Assembly (NCBI GenBank): GCA_041663025.1
Contig: JBAZRE010000001.1
Span: 5,912 to 69,911 of the forward strand
Direction of reading: 5' to 3'
DNA from: Minisyncoccota bacterium
Lineage (GTDB): Bacteria; Patescibacteriota; Minisyncoccia; Phycocordibacterales; Phycocordibacteraceae
Length of the DNA stretch: 64,000 bases
A program made the translations under genes and the position numbers. Under the pieces are notes generated by a model. The model made no database searches and was not told where the DNA came from. It worked only from the letters and a program-made list of their open reading frames with translations. Of this stretch, positions 17,507 to 25,812 are shown piece by piece. Numbering within the stretch: position 1 is the stretch's first letter; every line of letters begins with the position of its first letter.

Positions 17507-18268
17507 ATGGCTTCGGTCAAAGATCCAAAAACTAAGGCCCAAGAAATGCTCGAGATTGCTCTCGGGAAGAAACGAATCTGCTTCGGTAAATTGTCCAAGA
17601 CAGAGGTTGACGAATTATTGAGGTCGGTGCTGTCAGAAGTCCGTCTCCGGGAGCTACGCGGATTCAAGCCCCTCAGAGAACTTCTCACTTTCCGACCAGG
17701 AAGTGTTGTCTACGGTGGACCGACTCGGCATACCCTTGATGTGGAAGTGCTCGACTTGAGTGAGGATGTTTTGCTCCTAGCTAACGGATTTAAAGATTCT
17801 CCCCCAATCACTTTAGACACACATGTCATGAGTCTGTCTCGTAATGCGGGAAAATGGACAGCCACTTTCAAACGGAACGAATCGGATGAGGAAACTGAAG
17901 ATTACGGAACAGCGTCTTCTTGGGGCCGATCAGCGTACCGTTACAAAGGGAGCGGTGAGGTTTTGACACTCCGGCGATCCCACAATCACACGAGGGCGGA
18001 TGAGAATCTAATCATCACAAAGTTCTCGTACGTTAAGGTTCCACTGAAGCAGAGGTACGTGATTACGAAGATGGAACTACAGCCATTTCCTCTTGAGAAG
18101 TTTCGTCAACATTACGGTTCATCGTATGCTCGAGTAGCCGTTGAGCTCATCCGAGAGCTCGGAAGCGTCTACCGACGAACATCGGACGAACTTGCGTTTC
18201 AATCGGACTCCATGCGCAAAAAAGTCACCGAGTTTGAGAGATTGTCAGAAGCACTTTCGTTCAGATAA
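17507..18268 (+). CDS. hypothetical protein inserted between ftsA and ftsZ
   Basis: 253 aa. SD GGAGGTG before ATG, and a terminator at 18285-18318. No recognisable motifs. Confidence 0.5.
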   Translation: MASVKDPKTKAQEMLEIALGKKRICFGKLSKTEVDELLRSVLSEVRLRELRGFKPLRELLTFRPGSVVYGGPTRHTLDVEVLDLSEDVLLLANGFKDSPPITLDTHVMSLSRNAGKWTATFKRNESDEETEDYGTASSWGRSAYRYKGSGEVLTLRRSHNHTRADENLIITKFSYVKVPLKQRYVITKMELQPFPLEKFRQHYGSSYARVAVELIRELGSVYRRTSDELAFQSDSMRKKVTEFERLSEALSFR

Positions 18269-18284
18269 AATTGTTATTTCTTGT

Positions 18285-18318
18285 AAACCCCACTGAGATT
18301 CGCTCCGGTGGGGTTTTT
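18285..18318 (+). terminator. rho-independent terminator
   Basis: AAACCCCACTGAGATTCGCTCCGGTGGGGTTTTT. Confidence 0.65.
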
Positions 18319-18411
18319 CATATGAAAATAATGAGTCATGTGCATTAGTTGTCAATATTTGCATAACCCAGCGTTCTGCTATCATGGCAGAAACACCTTA
18401 TTTATATTTAT

Positions 18412-19659
18412 ATGTCAAAGCGCATTGAACCAGAGGTTGAGACGTTCGCACGGATTCGGGTGGTTGGCGTCGGTGGCTCGGGCAAAAATGCAGTGAATCA
18501 CATGATCGATTCGAAGGTGCGTGGCGTTGAGTTCATCGCGGTCAACTCTGATGCGCAAGATCTCCACCGGTCGCTCGCCAAGCGCAAGATCCACATCGGA
18601 AAGAATCTCACGAGAGGGCTCGGCACAGGGATGAATCCTGAGCTCGGCAAGCGCGCCGCCGAGGAGACCCGTCAAGAGATCCAAGAAGCACTCTCGGGCA
18701 GCGACATGGTCTTCATCACCTGCGGCATGGGTGGTGGCACCGGCACTGGAGCCTCTGCGATTATTGCAAAAATAGCGAAAGAGGTCGGTGCACTCGTCAT
18801 CGCGGTCGTGACGAAACCATTTTCCTTTGAGGGTGCACAGCGCAAAGATATCGCCGAGCGCGGTCTCGCCGAATTGAAGAAAGAGGTTGATGCATTCATA
18901 GTCATCCCAAATGACAAACTACTCGCGATTGTCGATAAGGATACGTCAGCAAAAAGCGCCTTCGCGATGTGTGACGAGATCTTGCGCCAAGCGGTCGAGG
19001 GCGTCTCCGACATTATTACGACTCCTGGTGATATCAATACCGACTTTAACGACATCAAGGCAATTATGGAGGGTGCCGGCCCTGCTCTCATGGGTATCGG
19101 CATCGCTGAAGGTGACGAACGAGCTCGTGAGGCCGCACGCCAGGCGGTCAATTCCCCACTCCTTGATGTTTCTATTAGTGGTGCAAAAGGCATTCTCTTC
19201 GTCGTGGCTGGATCTGATGATCTCGGCATCATGGAGGTACAAGAGGCCGCAAAGGTTATAAGTGAATCTATCGACAAGAGCGCGAAGGTTATCTTCGGCA
19301 TTATGCGCGATGAGAAACTTAAGAAGGGCCAGATTCGCATTATCGTCATCGCAACTGGTTTCCCAGAGGGAGCGATACACACATCTACAGTCGAGCGTTC
19401 TCTATTCTCGATGCCGGTAGAAAAACATGAGGAAGAACGTGGTCGCATTTATCATGAGATTCTAAAGCGTGAAGAAAAAGAAGAGAAACCGGAGGTTAAG
19501 GTTGAGAAAAACTTGACTGTCGAAAGCACTCCTTTTGGCGGAAAGGAAGAACCTATCGTCACGGCACTGCCGCACAAGCGCGAGGTGATTCCTGTTGTTC
19601 CAGAAGATGATGAATCCTGGGGCGCAATTCCGGCATTTTTGCGCCGTCATAAAAAGTAG
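18412..19659 (+). CDS. ftsZ: cell division protein FtsZ
   Basis: 415 aa. GVGGSGKNAV…, the tubulin signature GGGTGTG and the T7 loop are all present. Confidence 0.95.
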   Translation: MSKRIEPEVETFARIRVVGVGGSGKNAVNHMIDSKVRGVEFIAVNSDAQDLHRSLAKRKIHIGKNLTRGLGTGMNPELGKRAAEETRQEIQEALSGSDMVFITCGMGGGTGTGASAIIAKIAKEVGALVIAVVTKPFSFEGAQRKDIAERGLAELKKEVDAFIVIPNDKLLAIVDKDTSAKSAFAMCDEILRQAVEGVSDIITTPGDINTDFNDIKAIMEGAGPALMGIGIAEGDERAREAARQAVNSPLLDVSISGAKGILFVVAGSDDLGIMEVQEAAKVISESIDKSAKVIFGIMRDEKLKKGQIRIIVIATGFPEGAIHTSTVERSLFSMPVEKHEEERGRIYHEILKREEKEEKPEVKVEKNLTVESTPFGGKEEPIVTALPHKREVIPVVPEDDESWGAIPAFLRRHKK

Positions 19660-19671
19660 TTTTGTTTTGAA

Positions 19672-19703
19672 TGGAAAAAGGCAGATTCTCATCTGCCTTT
19701 TTT
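19672..19703 (+). terminator. rho-independent terminator
   Basis: GGAAAAAGGCAGATTCTCATCTGCCTTTTTT. Confidence 0.65.
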
Positions 19704-19725
19704 GATGCTTCACGCGTCAAGAAGA

Positions 19726-20502
19726 TTACCCCTCAACTAACGGCTTCATCCTCGGCCAGCAATCCCGTGATGGCACCCCTTCTGAGGAATGAGGAGGCCA
19801 CTCTTGTACATAACCCCAGCAGAGTTTGGGTCGCCCACCAAAGTTTTTTTCGGCAGAGACAGCCATCCGCTTATCTCTGTTTTCGTTTCCCCCAAAACGC
19901 GACCCGAGTGCTGAAATGTAGCCGATCCTTGAGAGAACGTCTGTGTGCACACAAAGCGCGACAACTTCTGTGATGGTCAGCGGAAATCGATTTTGTTTCG
20001 CAAGGAGCTTCTCAGCATTTTTCTCGTTTGCCTCGATTGATGTCGTTCCGTCATTTATGTCGAAGATGTAGCTCAGCGCACTTGTCTTTTCAACATCCTC
20101 AACCGAATAACTGTGGTCGGCATAACCGACTTTACCATCGGTGGTTCGTATCATAGCCATGAGATCATAGACGGTGCGCTGATCTAATGAAATGACCGGC
20201 AAGAACGGGATATTCCATTTGCCCAAAGTCATTTCCATCGCATGCCGCATAACATCTCCTTTGCTGTTACGAAGCCATCTCCTAATCGGTTCGGGAACAC
20301 CGCGTTCTATGAGAGTCGCGATTTGACTCTCAAAAAGTTTGTCGAACTCCTTCCATCTGGTGATCTCACTGTTGGCGTGTGCCACGGTAGCATCGATTTT
20401 TTCTCTGAAATCATCAATGGTTTCGAACGGTTCCATAATTGCTTTGACTAACTTATTGTCTGTCTCTATTCTTTCTTTCATCTCCCACCTCCCTATAAAC
20501 AC
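19726..20502 (-). CDS. hypothetical protein, downstream partner of paralog 3
   Basis: 258 aa with no recognisable motifs. The palindromic site C1 (20591-20649) lies about 90-150 bp upstream of its start. Confidence 0.45.
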   Translation of the reverse strand: MFIGRWEMKERIETDNKLVKAIMEPFETIDDFREKIDATVAHANSEITRWKEFDKLFESQIATLIERGVPEPIRRWLRNSKGDVMRHAMEMTLGKWNIPFLPVISLDQRTVYDLMAMIRTTDGKVGYADHSYSVEDVEKTSALSYIFDINDGTTSIEANEKNAEKLLAKQNRFPLTITEVVALCVHTDVLSRIGYISALGSRFGGNENRDKRMAVSAEKNFGGRPKLCWGYVQEWPPHSSEGVPSRDCWPRMKPLVEG

Positions 20503-20590
20503 AGTTATTTGTTATATCTCAAACACCCTAATCCGCCGTAAGTTAACTCCTTTGTCGCCGAAAAGTCAAAGTGATTGTACTAAGCCGGCT

Positions 20591-20649
20591 CATGTATCAA
20601 TTTTCATCCTATAGGATAAGAATTGAGACAACTTACTTTCACAAGTCAT
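20591..20649. promoter_or_regulatory. repeat C1: palindromic TCCTATAGGA-centred site upstream of 19726..20502 and downstream of paralog 3
   Basis: CATGTATCAATTTTCATCCTATAGGATAAGAATTGAGACAACTTAC. It is a near-duplicate of 21225-21276. Confidence 0.55.
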
Positions 20650-21227
20650 AGGAGTCGGAAGTGTTCCCGAAGTCGGCGATCTGATTCAAGTGCCTCGGCA
20701 ACGAATGAGAGCATTTCGCCCGTACCGCTCTTGAGGTGTGCGCGGACAAGCCCGATGAATTCATCACAGGGATATGGATATATCCAGACACTGTCCTGAA
20801 GCCTCAAGAAACCAGCGCCCATGAGAAGAGTCCGTAGTTGCGAACGAGCTCGCCTGCGCTTCTCGCGGATATCAAACATAACGACGCGCCACTTGCCATC
20901 CCAGAATACTGGTGCAGGAATGCGGTATTCGTTTGCGTACACCGTTCCAATCACCGCACGACCCTTTTCGGTCAACGAGGCATTGCGGTGTCCATACTTT
21001 CCTGATGTCTTTACGAGACCGGCGTACTCGAGACGGGTTATTGCCTGCGTGATACGACGGTACAAATCTTTCCGATTCGCCACACCACGATCAAGTTTTT
21101 TCAGAATGGTCAGTACCCTCGGAGCGACGAGTGCGACACCGAGCGCCCCACTCACTGCTAGCGTTCGCAAAATGAGATTGCGCATTGGCAGATATTTCCC
21201 GCGCGTTTCCGTCCGCATTTTCTTCAT
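20646..21227 (-). CDS. membrane-anchored winged-helix + Cas2-like domain protein (paralog 3 of 3)
   Basis: 193 aa with a hydrophobic helix (LAVSGALGVALVAP) and a recognition helix plus wing (ITRLEYAGLVKTSGKYGHRNASLTEKG). The C-terminus is WRVVMFDIREKRRRARSQLRTLLMGAGFLRLQDSVWIYPYPCDEFIGLVRAHLKSG. Confidence 0.5.
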   Translation of the reverse strand: MKKMRTETRGKYLPMRNLILRTLAVSGALGVALVAPRVLTILKKLDRGVANRKDLYRRITQAITRLEYAGLVKTSGKYGHRNASLTEKGRAVIGTVYANEYRIPAPVFWDGKWRVVMFDIREKRRRARSQLRTLLMGAGFLRLQDSVWIYPYPCDEFIGLVRAHLKSGTGEMLSFVAEALESDRRLREHFRLL

Positions 21228-21276
21228 GTATCAAATTATATCCTATAGGACAGAAATTGAGACATGTTATTAACAA
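21225..21276. promoter_or_regulatory. repeat C2: roughly 42 bp imperfect palindrome overlapping the paralog 3 start codon and promoter
   Basis: CATGTATCAA-attata-TCCTATAGGA-cagaaa-TTGAGACATG. The outer arms match 9/10 as inverted repeats around a perfect 10-bp core palindrome. Confidence 0.6.
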
Positions 21277-21322
21277 TAGGTAGAAATTCTGTTCAATGCA
21301 TAGAAAGTGATAGAATAGGGCG

Positions 21323-22246
21323 ATGTACGATTTAATAATCATCGGCGGGGGGCCGGCGGGGGTGGCTGCAGGCATTTATGCAGCACGGAAACATCTAAAA
21401 GCGGTTCTGATTGCTGAAGAGATCGGCGGACAATCTGTTGTCTCAAGCGGCATAGAGAATTGGATCGGTATGCCGAAGATCAGTGGTGCAGATTTTGCGA
21501 AGTCTATGAGAGAGCATCTCGAGGTGGTGAAGGGCGATATTGTCACGCTCGCCATCGGCGAGCGTGTCGTCTCGCTTGAATCCCAACTTGGCGGTTTCAC
21601 CGCCAAAACAAAATCAGGCAAAGAATTTTCTGCAAAAGCTGTCCTCATTGCTTCTGGTGCCAGCCGCCGCAAGCTTGATATCCCGGGCGCAGATAAGTTT
21701 GAACATAAGGGTGTCACCTACTGCGCCTCCTGCGACGGCCTCCTCTTCTCGGGTATGGACGTCGCGGTGGTCGGTGGCGGTAATGCCGGTTTTGAGACGG
21801 CACTCCAACTTCTCGCGTATGCGAAATCGGTCACCCTTATTCATCGTCATGCAGAATTCAAGGCTGATCAGATAACAATAGAGAAAACGCGTGCTCATCC
21901 CAACATGCACATTATTGCTCATGCCGAGCCGACTGAAGTCATCGGCGAACAGTTTGTCACTGGTTTAAAATATAAAGACAAAGGGTCTGATGAAATAAGA
22001 GAAGTGAGTGTGTCTGGTATATTTGTCGAAGCGGGCGTTGTACCGAATACACAGTTTGCCGAAGGGTTTGTTGAGCTTGATGCGGTAAAAAGAGTGAAGA
22101 CCGATCCTCATAACCAACACACGAGCGTTGAGGGCATCTGGGCTGCCGGTGACTGCACCGACGAGCTCTACCATCAGAACAACATCGCCGCCGGCGACGG
22201 CGTTAAAGCAGCAGAAGATATTTATCTTTGGATCAAGAAGCAATAA
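21323..22246 (+). CDS. trxB: thioredoxin-disulfide reductase
   Basis: 307 aa. FAD motif DLIIIGGGPAG, redox-active CASCDG, and NAD(P) motif VAVVGGGNAG. Confidence 0.9.
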   Translation: MYDLIIIGGGPAGVAAGIYAARKHLKAVLIAEEIGGQSVVSSGIENWIGMPKISGADFAKSMREHLEVVKGDIVTLAIGERVVSLESQLGGFTAKTKSGKEFSAKAVLIASGASRRKLDIPGADKFEHKGVTYCASCDGLLFSGMDVAVVGGGNAGFETALQLLAYAKSVTLIHRHAEFKADQITIEKTRAHPNMHIIAHAEPTEVIGEQFVTGLKYKDKGSDEIREVSVSGIFVEAGVVPNTQFAEGFVELDAVKRVKTDPHNQHTSVEGIWAAGDCTDELYHQNNIAAGDGVKAAEDIYLWIKKQ

Positions 22247-22980
22247 GCTTTATGCCGCCAACCATCTCAATCATCATCCCGACGCTGAAGGAGGAACAGT
22301 TTTTGGAGCGGACACTAGAGAATCTGAAGACGCTCCAATTACCGCACGAGATTGTCATCAGCGACGGCGGCAGCACTGATCATACACTCGATATCGCGCG
22401 GCGGTATACCGATAAGATTGTTGTCTGGGACCAGCCACGCCGACAAACGTTTGGTGAGGCGAAGAATACGGGAGCAGCGATTGCGAGTGGGAAATATTTG
22501 GTATTCATCGATGCCGATGTAATCATCCCTGAGCCAGAGGCTTTTTTTGAAGAGGTCATTGCCGCGTTTGATAAAAATCCGAAGCTCGCTGGCATCACTG
22601 CCCCACTTAAGCCATTAGTTGAAAATAGTTCGCTCACTGACGCATTCTTCTGCGCGCCGCTTAATTGGTTCTATGTCGTGTCGAACAACATGTTCCATTC
22701 GGGCAATTCATCCGGTGAGTTCCAGATGATGCGTGCCGACATCTTCAAAAGCATTGGCGGGTTCGGCGAACATCTCGCCGCCGGTGAAGATAACGAGATG
22801 TTCCGCCGCCTCGCGGCGCACGGCCGCACACTCTCCTATCGCAAGCTCTGTGTGCGTCATTCGCTGCGCCGCGCTCACAAGCTCGGCTGGCTGCGCACCT
22901 ATGGCATTTGGATTAAGAACGGCCTCTCTATCATGTTCCGCGACAAAGCCGCGTATAAGGAGTGGACGGTGGTGCGCTAA
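22228..22980 (+). CDS. family 2 glycosyltransferase
   Basis: ISIIIPTLKEE…VISDGGSTDHT…FIDADV fit GT-A/DXD motifs. The probable start is MPPTISIIIPT, slightly inside the track ORF. Confidence 0.8.
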   Translation: MDQEAISFMPPTISIIIPTLKEEQFLERTLENLKTLQLPHEIVISDGGSTDHTLDIARRYTDKIVVWDQPRRQTFGEAKNTGAAIASGKYLVFIDADVIIPEPEAFFEEVIAAFDKNPKLAGITAPLKPLVENSSLTDAFFCAPLNWFYVVSNNMFHSGNSSGEFQMMRADIFKSIGGFGEHLAAGEDNEMFRRLAAHGRTLSYRKLCVRHSLRRAHKLGWLRTYGIWIKNGLSIMFRDKAAYKEWTVVR

Positions 22981-22986
22981 CATACT

Positions 22987-23583
22987 ATGAGCGTCTCCGC
23001 TGTCATTGCACTCTTTCTCCAATATAAATACCCCGCGCTGGTGGTGCTTTCTTTTTTTGAGGGTCCGTACATGATGATGATGTCCGGCTTTCTTATTAAG
23101 CTCGGCGTGCTCACGATTATTCCCACTTACATTGCCCTCTCAATTGGCGATCTCCTCGCCGATACGGTTTGGTACTACGTCGGATACTTTTTTGGGAATA
23201 AGTTTGTACATCGATTTGGAAAGTTTTTTGATATCAATGCCACAAGCATCGAGAATGCAAAAGAGCTTTTTTCAAAACACCGGAAGAAGATTCTTTTAGG
23301 ATCTAAGATGACCGCCGGCTTCGGGCTCTCACTCGCGACGCTTATCACCGCGGGGATTGTTCGAGCGCCTTTTGGAGAATATATCGTTTTAAACTTCTTC
23401 GGCCAGCTCGTCTGGACGACCGTGATGCTCGCGGTTGGATACTTCTTCGGAAATCTTTATGTAGTCATTGATAATGTCGCTGGAAAAATATTCATCATTG
23501 CCATTGCGCTTCTCGCTCTCTATCTCCTGCTTCGCCTAAGCAGACGCCTTGGAAGAAAAGCGAAAGAAGCTATTGGTGAATAA
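22987..23583 (+). CDS. DedA/SNARE-associated family membrane protein
   Basis: 198 aa polytopic protein. GDLLADTVWYYVGYFFG … F.G.L.W resemble the DedA motifs. Confidence 0.75.
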   Translation: MSVSAVIALFLQYKYPALVVLSFFEGPYMMMMSGFLIKLGVLTIIPTYIALSIGDLLADTVWYYVGYFFGNKFVHRFGKFFDINATSIENAKELFSKHRKKILLGSKMTAGFGLSLATLITAGIVRAPFGEYIVLNFFGQLVWTTVMLAVGYFFGNLYVVIDNVAGKIFIIAIALLALYLLLRLSRRLGRKAKEAIGE

Positions 23584-24583
23584 AAGCGAGGTTTTGAAGA
23601 AAGAGGTCTGTTGAGTGTTCCCAAGTATACTGCCCTGCTTTCTTCCGGCAATCTGCTGGAGATAACTCTAGGCATTTTATAGCGACTTCTTGAAGATCTT
23701 CGCCTAGGTAACCATCCTTCCCTTCTGTGACACTGTCGCGCGGGCCCATGGCGTCATGTGCCGCGACCCTGAGGCCACAGGCGAGCGCCTCGAGGACGAC
23801 GAGACCGAAGGTCTCAGTGCGCGAGGGGAAGACGAACACATCACAGAGCGAGAGCCAATCTACTAACTCTTGGCCATGCTTATAGCCGATAAACGTATTT
23901 TTCTTCCCGTACTTTTCTTCTAATCTCTTTCTATCGGGGCCATCCCCTATGACCAGCTTCGTCCCAGGCAAATCAAGTTTTAAAAATTCTTCAGGACTCT
24001 TTTCTGGTGCGAGACGGCTGAAGTAGACGAAGACCGGTTTCGGTAGGGGGGGCAGAGGTGGTGTTGGATTGCGCGTGAAGAGTTTGGTATCGACGCCTAG
24101 TGGCACCACCACTACATTTTTAAAACCTTCTGACTCTAATTCTTTTTTTAAACTCTCAGTTGAGACCATCGTGCACATTGCTCGAGAATGGAAGTGCCGT
24201 AAGAAAGCATGTGCGGGGCGCAGAAGACCGCGGAAGCGCATATCCACATAGAGCTGGTATCTGGTGTGATACTGCGTCGTGAATGGTATTCCATTCTTGA
24301 TGCAAACGGCCCGCGCCGCCCAGCCGAGCGGCCCTTCGGTCGGGAGATGCACGGCATCTGGTTGAAACTCCTCGATCATCTGTCGAACGCGGCGACGCGG
24401 GAAGAGCGCCAAGCGGATCTCTGGATACGTCGGCATCGGATAGGTCATCTTAAATTGCCCCGGCTCTATCACATCAACAATATACCCACGTTCTTCGAGA
24501 CAACGCTTATGGGCCAAAAGCACTCGTGGCACGCCGTTGACCTGTGGCGCCCACGCATCCGTCACGATCAGTATTTTTTTCAT
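23570..24583 (-). CDS. family 4 glycosyltransferase (GT-B)
   Basis: 337 aa. N-terminal KILIVTDAWAPQVNGV and C-terminal EALACG… are typical of GT4. Confidence 0.8.
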   Translation of the reverse strand: MKKILIVTDAWAPQVNGVPRVLLAHKRCLEERGYIVDVIEPGQFKMTYPMPTYPEIRLALFPRRRVRQMIEEFQPDAVHLPTEGPLGWAARAVCIKNGIPFTTQYHTRYQLYVDMRFRGLLRPAHAFLRHFHSRAMCTMVSTESLKKELESEGFKNVVVVPLGVDTKLFTRNPTPPLPPLPKPVFVYFSRLAPEKSPEEFLKLDLPGTKLVIGDGPDRKRLEEKYGKKNTFIGYKHGQELVDWLSLCDVFVFPSRTETFGLVVLEALACGLRVAAHDAMGPRDSVTEGKDGYLGEDLQEVAIKCLELSPADCRKKAGQYTWEHSTDLFLQNLAFIHQ

Positions 24584-24799
24584 CTAGTAGCCCTACGGAG
24601 AGTCGGACTCCGATTATCGGCTTGAAAAGCCGGCGTCCTAACCGTTAGACGATAGGGCCATGTTGCTTGCACATGGCCATACACTCTTCGCCTCACTCGG
24701 AACAGATGAAAATCCCATCTGTTCACTCGTTCGGCTTGATTGTAGGGCCTCGCATAAACCTTATCATTTTTGCTCTGAAATGCTAGGATGACGAGCAAC

Positions 24800-24886
24800 G
24801 GAGACGTGGCAGAGTGGTCGATCGCGCTTGTTTCGAAAACAAGTATGTCCGAAAGGGCATCGGGGGTTCGAATCCTCCCGTCTCCG
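24800..24886 (+). tRNA. tRNA-Ser (anticodon CGA)
   Basis: Cloverleaf by eye. Acceptor GGAGACG/CGTCTCC, anticodon stem CTTGT/ACAAG with loop TTCGAAA, a long variable arm, and T-loop TTCGAAT. Confidence 0.85.
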
Positions 24887-24910
24887 CAAATTGTGTTATA
24901 GTCTTGATAC

Positions 24911-24983
24911 GCGCGGTTAGCTCAATTGGTAGAGCGCCACATTGACGTTGTGGATGTTATAGGTTCAAGTCCTGTACCGCGCA
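24911..24983 (+). tRNA. tRNA-Val (anticodon GAC)
   Basis: Acceptor GCGCGGT/ACCGCGC, anticodon stem CCACA/TGTGG with loop TTGACGT, and T-loop TTCAAGT. Confidence 0.85.
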
Positions 24984-24984
24984 C

Positions 24985-25812
24985 ATGAGATCAAAAAAAT
25001 ATAGCCCGCGTGTTAAACATGCGGTGCGACGCCCGAGCGGACACAGCAAAGCCTCTGCAAGCGGCAAGGTATATGTCTATGGCAAACACGCGCTTATGGA
25101 AGCGTTGCGACATGCACCAAAAGTTATTCGCAAAGTTTTTCTTGCGCCTGATTTGAAAGATGCTGAGCTGCGCGTGCTGCTGACAAAAAATAATATCCCG
25201 ACTGCTGAACTCGCATCGGGTAAAGGCAAAGAGCTTGTGGGCAAAGATGCGGTACATCAGGGTGTTATCGCCGTCATGGATCCCACTGCCCTACTTATAT
25301 CGTTTGATGATTTTCTGGCGACTCTCCCAACAGGATCCGCCAAAATTGCTGTAGCGATTTTGGCTGAGGTGCAGGATCCTCACAACGTGGGCGCCGTTAT
25401 CCGCTCAGCGGCCGCCTTCGGCCTCTCGGCCGTTCTCATTCCTGAACACAACCAGGCACCCATCACCGGCACAGTAGTGAAGAGTTCTGCCGGCATGGCG
25501 TTCCGCGTGCCGCTCGTCTCTATCGGCAATGTGAACAACACCATCAAGACACTCAAAGAAAAAGGTTTTTGGATCTATGGTCTCGCGATGGATGGAGCGA
25601 CAGCGCTTGGCAGTGAGGTATTCGATGCACCGACGGCTTTCGTGATCGGAAATGAGGGTGCCGGCATCAGAGAGAAGACACTCGTCGCCTGCGACGTTAC
25701 ACTCGCTATCCCTATGCACGCACGCACCGAATCACTTAACGCGGCTGCCTCGGCTGCGGTCGTCTTCTACGAATGGTCACGGAAACATCCAGAGGCGCTT
25801 GGAAAAGTATGA
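24985..25812 (+). CDS. SpoU/TrmH-family rRNA 2'-O-methyltransferase (RlmB-like)
   Basis: 275 aa. N-terminal substrate-binding VYVYGKHALMEAL and the SPOUT motifs LAEVQDPHNVGAVIRSAAAFG, …FVIGNEGAGI…, PMHARTESLNAAASAAV. Confidence 0.8.
   Translation: MRSKKYSPRVKHAVRRPSGHSKASASGKVYVYGKHALMEALRHAPKVIRKVFLAPDLKDAELRVLLTKNNIPTAELASGKGKELVGKDAVHQGVIAVMDPTALLISFDDFLATLPTGSAKIAVAILAEVQDPHNVGAVIRSAAAFGLSAVLIPEHNQAPITGTVVKSSAGMAFRVPLVSIGNVNNTIKTLKEKGFWIYGLAMDGATALGSEVFDAPTAFVIGNEGAGIREKTLVACDVTLAIPMHARTESLNAAASAAVVFYEWSRKHPEALGKV

Noticed and set aside
18672-19448. The 258-aa minus-strand ORF opposite ftsZ, and other antisense ORFs of at least 100 aa inside lepA, murJ, the RNR gene, recG and ftsH.
   Set aside because: They are antisense to strongly conserved coding sequence and have no start context.
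24584-24799. The structured-looking 215-nt region upstream of the tRNA-Ser/tRNA-Val pair (hairpin GGCCATGT…ACATGGCC), considered as SRP or 6S RNA.
   Set aside because: No recognisable SRP domain IV (GGAA…AGCA) or 6S features. It is more likely the 5' leader of the minus-strand GT4 gene or a tRNA promoter region.
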